Source: Parcubacteria group bacterium LiPW_30 | Lineage (GTDB): Bacteria > Patescibacteriota > Minisyncoccia > Phycocordibacterales > VMEP01 | DNA: 64,000 nt | Assembly (NCBI GenBank): GCA_007375595.1 | Contig: VMEP01000001.1 | Coordinates: 255,883 to 319,882 of the forward strand | Reading direction: 5' to 3' | In this document: positions 58,463 through 64,000 of the stretch, piece after piece | Numbering within the stretch: the first letter of the stretch is position 1 | Layout: each line of letters starts with the position of its first letter | Translations under genes and position numbers: made by a program | The notes under the pieces: model-generated | Database searches by the model: none | Told to the model about the DNA's origin: nothing | The model's input: the letters and a program-made list of their open reading frames with translations, nothing else

Positions 58463-59572
58463 ATGAAGATTTTTTACCATATACGAAACGCAGTAATTTC
58501 AATTATATTTTTAGGAAGTTTTTTTATTTTACCTTCGCTATCATATGCTGTATCAGGCACATGTTCATATCATGGAGGCGTTAACTGTTCGGCAGGATTT
58601 GATTGGGATGGAAGCGCTATTTGTAACGATGGATGGCGAGATAGTAGTGAACTATATTCTCAAGTCAATGGATGTTCTACTGATAGACGTCCTTTATGCA
58701 CGTCCGAAGAGGTTACCCAGCTTCAGAATAAATATGGTCTTCCTGAAATAAAACAAAGATGGGATAGTATTTCCCAAAAAATAGACGCTATTGCAAATAG
58801 CTCACAGTCATCCACTGACACCAATACTCTTCGGAATAATGCCATAGAATCAAGTAAACTTTATATAGAATTTTTACCCGTACAAGTTGAGTACCAAAAT
58901 GCATTCAACCACGCAATGGAAGATTGTTACGAACTAGGAGCTAAAGAAGAACAACAATTTAAGGATAATTTATACAAGCAACAGCAACAGAATCAAGATA
59001 ATTTGCGGAAGAAAGACCAAGAATTGGAAGATTACTTGTATAAGCTACTTCAATCTCAACAAACACAACCTACATCACAGCCAGCACAAACTAGTGGTGA
59101 TGTATGTGTAGAAAGAGGGGTTGCACATTCTCATTTAAAAAATTCTGCCTGTGAGTGTGATTCGGGGTATTACAACATTAACAATTCTTGTGTCCCATAC
59201 GATAACGCATGCAAGAGTCAGATGGGGTCTAGTGCTTACTATATTGGAAATAATCAATGCTCATGTTCAGCAGGTTATATTATGGAAAATAGTAAATGTG
59301 TTCCGCAGACTCTTCCTGTCAATAACAATAATGCAAATACATCGTCTGTGAATACGACTAACACTGTCTCACCAAAAGAAACTGTATTGCCATATAAACC
59401 TAAAGTAGAAGTTAAGAACCTTCCTGCCAAAACTAGTATTTCAAAATCAAAATCATTAGATAAACCACAAGCAACAACCACAAGCACGACAACTGCTCCA
59501 GTAATTCAAAAAAACACTAAACCAACAATTACTTCTAGAATTGGCTCGTGGCTCAAGAGTTTATTCAGATAA
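58463..59572 (+). CDS. Secreted Cys-repeat protein, paralog of 28059..29042
   Basis: Signal peptide; CECDSGYYNINNSCVP / CSCSAGYIMENSKCVP repeats, Thr/Asn-rich linker, C-terminal SWLKSLFR. Confidence 0.6.
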   Translation: MKIFYHIRNAVISIIFLGSFFILPSLSYAVSGTCSYHGGVNCSAGFDWDGSAICNDGWRDSSELYSQVNGCSTDRRPLCTSEEVTQLQNKYGLPEIKQRWDSISQKIDAIANSSQSSTDTNTLRNNAIESSKLYIEFLPVQVEYQNAFNHAMEDCYELGAKEEQQFKDNLYKQQQQNQDNLRKKDQELEDYLYKLLQSQQTQPTSQPAQTSGDVCVERGVAHSHLKNSACECDSGYYNINNSCVPYDNACKSQMGSSAYYIGNNQCSCSAGYIMENSKCVPQTLPVNNNNANTSSVNTTNTVSPKETVLPYKPKVEVKNLPAKTSISKSKSLDKPQATTTSTTTAPVIQKNTKPTITSRIGSWLKSLFR

Positions 59573-59682
59573 AGTTAGTCAGTTGAAGCTTTGGAATGTA
59601 AATACTCGTATCATTTATTCTTTCAAAACTGGTTCTGGTGTCGTTCAGTAAGTCGCGCAAAGTTAATCCCGTTCGCTTTGAG

Positions 59683-59717
59683 AAAACGCAGAAATAGATT
59701 ACTATTTCTGCGTGTTT
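59683..59717 (+). terminator. Rho-independent terminator
   Basis: aaaacgcagaaatagattactatttctgcgtgttt. Confidence 0.65.
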
Positions 59718-59722
59718 AGTTT

Positions 59723-59795
59723 GCCGTTGTAGCTCAGTTGGTAGAGCACGTCATTGGTAATGACGAGGTCTCCGGTTCAATCCCGGACAACGGCT
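59723..59795 (+). tRNA. tRNA-Thr (anticodon GGT)
   Basis: Acceptor GCCGTTG/CAACGGC, anticodon stem CGTCA/TGACG, loop TTGGTAA, T-loop TTCAATC. Confidence 0.85.
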
Positions 59796-59960
59796 CTGGG
59801 TTGTAACCAGTAAATAATTTTACTGGTGTACGGGATTGAAAGCCGGAGGCAGACGTGCCGAGGCGGGGTAGCGCAACCGGAGGCAGACGTGCCGAGGCGG
59901 GGTAGCGCAAAAATTTAGCAAAATTTTATGCGTGACCAATCCCGGACAACGGCTCTGGGT
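59779..59960. mobile_element. 137-bp MITE-family insert bounded by a 23-bp direct repeat of the tRNA-Thr 3' end
   Basis: aatcccggacaacggctctgggt at 59779-59801 and 59938-59960; insert has tandem 34-bp repeat ccggaggcagacgtgccgaggcggggtagcgcaa x2 plus aaatttagcaaaattttatgcgtgacc. Confidence 0.6.
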
Positions 59961-59972
59961 ATATAGGAATAT

Positions 59973-60048
59973 GCCACCTTAGCTCAGTTGGTAGAGCGAC
60001 CCCTTCGTAAGGGGTAGGTCCCCAGTTCGATTCTGGGAGGTGGCTCCA
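59973..60048 (+). tRNA. tRNA-Thr (anticodon CGT), CCA encoded
   Basis: Acceptor GCCACCT/AGGTGGC, anticodon stem ACCCC/GGGGT, loop TTCGTAA, T-loop TTCGATT. Confidence 0.85.
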
Positions 60049-60050
60049 AA

Positions 60051-60938
60051 ATGAAAGATAAACAGTCTATAGAAAAACGTATAGCAGAAATCGAAGCCCA
60101 AATGGCGGGGGCGGATTTTTGGAATGATAAGGTCACAGCGCAAGCAATATTAAAAGAATTTCAGCAATTAAAAAACGACCTTGAGGGCGCGTCTCGATAC
60201 GACAAGGGAAACGCTGTGATGACTATTTTCTCTGGGGCTGGTGGCGATGATTCTGAAGATTTTTCACGGATGCTTCTTAATATGTATGAAAAGTTTTTTG
60301 CGAAAAAAGGTTGGACCTCGCACGTTGTGCATGAAAATAAAAATGATTTAGGGGGATATCGTAATATCACAATCGAAATTAGTGGGAAAAACGCATATGG
60401 TTTGTTAAAAAATGAATCCGGTGTTCACAGGCTTGTTCGTATTTCTCCTTTTAATGCAAAAAAACTTCGCCACACCTCATTTTCAATGGTTGAAGTTATT
60501 CCAGATTTTGAAGAGGGAGATGAAAGTGATGTTCAGATTGCACCAGAAGACGTAAGGGTTGAATTTGCACGCTCGTCTGGTCCTGGTGGGCAAAACGTCA
60601 ATAAAAGAGAGACCGCAGTAAGAGTGGTGTATTTGGCGACAAATATTGCGGTTCACGCTGAGACGGAGCGTTCTCAAGAGCAGAACCGCGCGCGGGCTAT
60701 GCAGATTTTGCGAGGGAAATTATTTAAGAAAATGGAAGATGAGCGAAAGTCTAGAGAAAGTGGAATGTATGTTTCTAAGACAACTGAGGTTGAATGGGGT
60801 AATCAAATTCGCTCATACGTTTTGCATCCCTATAAAATGGTTAAGGACCACAGAACTGGTGTAGAAACAGGGGACGTGGACGGAGTTTTGGAAGAAGGAA
60901 AATTGGAGGAGTTTATTGAAGCAGAAAAAGGACTCTAG
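60051..60938 (+). CDS. prfB: Peptide chain release factor 2, short form (295 aa) with no programmed-frameshift leader
   Basis: SPF tripeptide (RISPFNAKKLRHTSF) and GGQ (SGPGGQNVNK); ATG 3 nt after the tRNA-Thr CCA end. Confidence 0.85.
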   Translation: MKDKQSIEKRIAEIEAQMAGADFWNDKVTAQAILKEFQQLKNDLEGASRYDKGNAVMTIFSGAGGDDSEDFSRMLLNMYEKFFAKKGWTSHVVHENKNDLGGYRNITIEISGKNAYGLLKNESGVHRLVRISPFNAKKLRHTSFSMVEVIPDFEEGDESDVQIAPEDVRVEFARSSGPGGQNVNKRETAVRVVYLATNIAVHAETERSQEQNRARAMQILRGKLFKKMEDERKSRESGMYVSKTTEVEWGNQIRSYVLHPYKMVKDHRTGVETGDVDGVLEEGKLEEFIEAEKGL

Positions 60939-61089
60939 ATTTGACCACAAACCTACTCTGAGAAATAACATTGAGGTAATTTTTTTGATATAATGCTTTG
61001 ATAATTCTTTTACTGTTTATATTTATGCTAAGGTAGAGTAGGCACGTGGTCACTGTCTTCTAAGACTCGCTCCGCTCGCCAAGAAAACA

Positions 61090-61770
61090 ATGATTTATTT
61101 TGATAAAGTTTCAAAAATATATAAAGACCAATCGGTTGCTCTTGAAGACGTTACAATAACAATCTCCCCCGGGGAATTTGTTTCTATTGTTGGACACTCT
61201 GGCGCTGGGAAGACTACGCTTCTTAAAATGCTCATGGTTGAGGAAAAGCCAACAGCGGGCAAAGTTTTTTTTGAATCGATAGATGTTCAGACACTTCGCG
61301 GGAAGGAAATACCAACATACCGCAGACGAATTGGTGTAGTTTTTCAGGATTTTAAGCTTTTGCCAAACAAAACTGCGTATGAAAATATCGCTTTTGCTAT
61401 GGAGGCTGCTGGGCGTAGCGATGAAGAGATTGCCTCAGATGTCCCTCACGCATTAGAGCTCGTTGATCTTGGTTTAAAGAGGTGGAATTTCCCTCATCAG
61501 CTTTCTGGTGGGGAACGCCAGAGGGTCGCTATTGCGCGTTCCATAATAAATCAACCAGATGTTTTGATTGCTGATGAGCCAACAGGTAATCTCGACCCTA
61601 TAAACACACAAGAAATCATCCAAATCTTGAAAAAAATCAACGACCTCGGCACAACCGTTATTTTAACCACCCATAACAAAGGAGTTATCGATTCTTTGGG
61701 GAAAAGAGTGGTAACAATGGAGAACGGAAGGATTTCTCGAGATGACGAGAAAGGGCGTTACGTGATGTAA
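61090..61770 (+). CDS. ftsE: Cell division ATP-binding protein FtsE
   Basis: ABC ATPase motifs GHSGAGKTT, LSGGERQRVAIARS, ADEPTGNLD. Confidence 0.9.
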   Translation: MIYFDKVSKIYKDQSVALEDVTITISPGEFVSIVGHSGAGKTTLLKMLMVEEKPTAGKVFFESIDVQTLRGKEIPTYRRRIGVVFQDFKLLPNKTAYENIAFAMEAAGRSDEEIASDVPHALELVDLGLKRWNFPHQLSGGERQRVAIARSIINQPDVLIADEPTGNLDPINTQEIIQILKKINDLGTTVILTTHNKGVIDSLGKRVVTMENGRISRDDEKGRYVM

Positions 61771-61819
61771 TTTTAGTAATTTTGTCCGCACTTCTAGTTT
61801 CTGATATAATGCGGGAGAT

Positions 61820-62740
61820 ATGATTTGGACAGACTTGAGACGTATCATAAAAGCCGGCATAACCAACTTTTGGCGCACTGGCACCGTCTCCCTCTCCTCG
61901 GTTTTTATCTTCACGGTAACTCTCTATTTTCTTGGCTCGCTAATTTTTTTGCAAGCAGTTTTGGACTACACACTAACGCAGATTAAAGACCGCGTTGACG
62001 TGAATACATATTTTACAATCGCAACCGATGAATCAAAGATTCTTTCAATAAAGAAAAAATTAGAGGCGCTTCCAGAAGTTGCCTCTGTTAACTACACCTC
62101 TCGAGACGAAGCGCTCGCGCAATTTAAGAAACGACACGAAAATGATTATCTAACCCTTCAAGCGCTTGATGAATTGGGCGATAATCCTCTTGGTGCATCA
62201 CTAAATATTAAAGCAAAAGACCCTTCGCAATATGAATCGGTTGTTAGATTTTTGCAGAGTGATAGTTTGGGCGCTCAGTCTGGCGGTCTTATTGATAAAA
62301 TTAATTACAACCAAAACAAGAGTGTCATAGAGCGACTCTCAGGTATTATTAATGGTTCTAAAAAAATTGGTTTTGGTGTCGCGTTTGCGCTCGCAATACT
62401 TTCTATTTTAATTACCTTCAACACAATCCGTTTAGTCATCTATGTTGCAAGGGAGGAGATTGGCATTATGCAACTTGTTGGGGCAAATGATTCTTATGTG
62501 CGTGGGCCATTTATCGTTGGTGGAATAATGTATGGAATTTTTTCTGCAATTTTTGCTTTGATACTTTTCGTTCCGACAACTATTTGGTTTGGGGAGACAA
62601 CCACAAGTTTCTTTGGTGGAATAAATATTTTTGACTATTACATGTCTAATTTCTTGGAGATAGCTTTCATTTTGCTTTTGTCTGGAGTGCTTTTGGGTGC
62701 GATATCGAGCGTCCTTGCCGTTAGGAAATATTTAAAATAA
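61820..62740 (+). CDS. ftsX: Cell division permease FtsX
   Basis: Topology: TM, periplasmic loop, three C-terminal TM; follows ftsE. Confidence 0.8.
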   Translation: MIWTDLRRIIKAGITNFWRTGTVSLSSVFIFTVTLYFLGSLIFLQAVLDYTLTQIKDRVDVNTYFTIATDESKILSIKKKLEALPEVASVNYTSRDEALAQFKKRHENDYLTLQALDELGDNPLGASLNIKAKDPSQYESVVRFLQSDSLGAQSGGLIDKINYNQNKSVIERLSGIINGSKKIGFGVAFALAILSILITFNTIRLVIYVAREEIGIMQLVGANDSYVRGPFIVGGIMYGIFSAIFALILFVPTTIWFGETTTSFFGGINIFDYYMSNFLEIAFILLLSGVLLGAISSVLAVRKYLK

Positions 62741-62744
62741 TGAA

Positions 62745-64000
62745 ATGAAAAGAAACAAAACAAAATACATTTTTGTGGTAGGAGGCGTGATATCAGGAGT
62801 CGGCAAGGGGGTAACTGTCTCATCAATAGGAAAAATCTTACAATCCCGCGGTCTTAAAGTGACCGCGATTAAAATTGACCCGTATGTAAACGTGGATGCT
62901 GGCACCATGAATCCAACAGAGCACGGCGAAGTTTTTGTGCTTGAAGATGGTTTTGAGACCGATCAAGACATGGGTAATTACGAGCGTTTCTTGGGAATAA
63001 AACTCTCCCGCGCTAATTACATGACGACAGGTCGTGTTTATGAGGCTGTTATAAAAAAAGAACGAAACCTAGAATACGGTGGGAAGTGTGTGCAGGTGGT
63101 GCCACATATTCCGCTTGAAATTATTGGGCGTATTGAACGCGCAGGCACAAGAGCAAGCGCTGATATTGTTGTGATTGAAATTGGTGGAACAGTCGGGGAA
63201 TACGAAAATATTTTATTCCTTGAAGCTGCTCGCATGATGAAGCTTCGCAAACCAGACGATGTGGCTTTCGTAATTGTCTCTTATCTCCCCGTGCCATCGA
63301 AAGTTGGAGAAATGAAAACAAAACCAACCCAGCACGCTGTTCGCGCTCTCTCAAGTGCTGGTATTCACCCAGATATTATTGTTGCGCGAAGTCAGGGGGC
63401 GATTGATAAAAAAAGAAAAGATAAACTAGCGCTTTTCTGTAATGTTTCACCGGAGTGTGTCATCTCTGCTCCAGATGTTGATAGTATTTACGATATCCCA
63501 TTAAATTTAGAGCGTGATCATTTAGGTGAAATTTTGTTAAAGAAATTAAAAGTGAAGGCAAAGAACGGCGCTGATCTAGCAGATTGGAAAAAGTTTTTTG
63601 ATGGTGTCGGAAAGTTTAAAGATGAAATAAAAATTGCGGTGGTTGGGAAATATTTTGATACCGGAGATTTCGTTTTGGCGGATTCATATATTTCCGTGAT
63701 TGAGGCAATAAAGTTTTCTGCGTATCATTTGAAAAAGCGCCCAGTTCTCACTTGGATAAACGCTAAAGATTTTGAGGTTGATCCAAAGAAAGTTAAACAG
63801 CTCGATAAATACGACGGCGTGGTTGTTCCTGGGGGATTTGGTGAATCGGGGATTGCAGGTAAACTCTCAGCTATTAAATATGCTCGCGAAAATAAGATTC
63901 CATATCTCGGGCTTTGTTATGGAATGCAACTTATTGTTATTGAATATGCAAGAAATGTTTTAGGTTTAAAGAATGCTAATACTGCTGAAATAGATCCTGA
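62745..64000 (+). CDS. pyrG: CTP synthase, N-terminal part (continues beyond window)
   Basis: Translation MKRNKTKYIFVVGGVISGVGKG...IDPYVNVDAGTM...LCYGMQL; open at window end, hence absent from the ORF track. Confidence 0.9.
   Translation, partial: MKRNKTKYIFVVGGVISGVGKGVTVSSIGKILQSRGLKVTAIKIDPYVNVDAGTMNPTEHGEVFVLEDGFETDQDMGNYERFLGIKLSRANYMTTGRVYEAVIKKERNLEYGGKCVQVVPHIPLEIIGRIERAGTRASADIVVIEIGGTVGEYENILFLEAARMMKLRKPDDVAFVIVSYLPVPSKVGEMKTKPTQHAVRALSSAGIHPDIIVARSQGAIDKKRKDKLALFCNVSPECVISAPDVDSIYDIPLNLERDHLGEILLKKLKVKAKNGADLADWKKFFDGVGKFKDEIKIAVVGKYFDTGDFVLADSYISVIEAIKFSAYHLKKRPVLTWINAKDFEVDPKKVKQLDKYDGVVVPGGFGESGIAGKLSAIKYARENKIPYLGLCYGMQLIVIEYARNVLGLKNANTAEIDP

Noticed and set aside
60000-60120. 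Programmed +1 frameshift site upstream of prfB
   Set aside because: I looked for CTT TGA C with an upstream SD. The tRNA-Thr occupies that space and no ORF0 exists in any frame.

Overview
This window reads as a low-GC (~38%) CPR/Patescibacteria-like chromosome segment. The coding density is high, several ribosomal proteins carry extensions, L30 is missing between rpsE and rplO, and there is a large type IV pilus/competence cluster. All calls are from reading the sequence and the supplied ORF translations; no searches were run. Backbone: the EF-Tu 3' end and the S10-spc ribosomal protein cluster (rpsJ to rplO, then secY, adk-like, map), a soluble VirD4/TraD-like P-loop ATPase, ndk, a beta-CASP RNase, infC-rpmI-rplT, thrC, tmRNA with smpB, ftsH, recG, comFC, pilM to pilC with a major pilin, pilD and four minor pilins, ligA, gatCA, nine tRNAs, prfB, ftsEX and the pyrG 5' end. 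Unusual content: (1) a modular MITE-like repeat family with 18-19 bp terminal inverted repeats, present in at least 6-8 full or partial copies, two of them flanked by duplicated tRNA-end sequence; (2) the ribosomal protein operon is interrupted three times (rpsJ/rplC, rplB/rpsS, rplE/rpsZ) by a MITE copy or GC-rich (50-58%) small-ORF cassettes, each with its own terminators and sigma70-like promoters; (3) a five-copy motif CTAAAA-hairpin-TTCGGGCGA-hairpin-TTTTAGCC whose hairpin stems covary, sitting directly upstream of tRNA-Ala, tmRNA and a secreted-protein gene; (4) three long perfect palindromes centred on GCTATAGC; (5) a paralogous family of secreted Cys-repeat proteins sharing a C-terminal W-F-x-R-L-x-G-W tail; (6) GC-rich islands of likely foreign origin (thrC, a 357-aa orphan next to tRNA-Ala, Nudix next to tRNA-Ser) and an AT-rich island containing a HEPN-like protein at the tmRNA 3' end.
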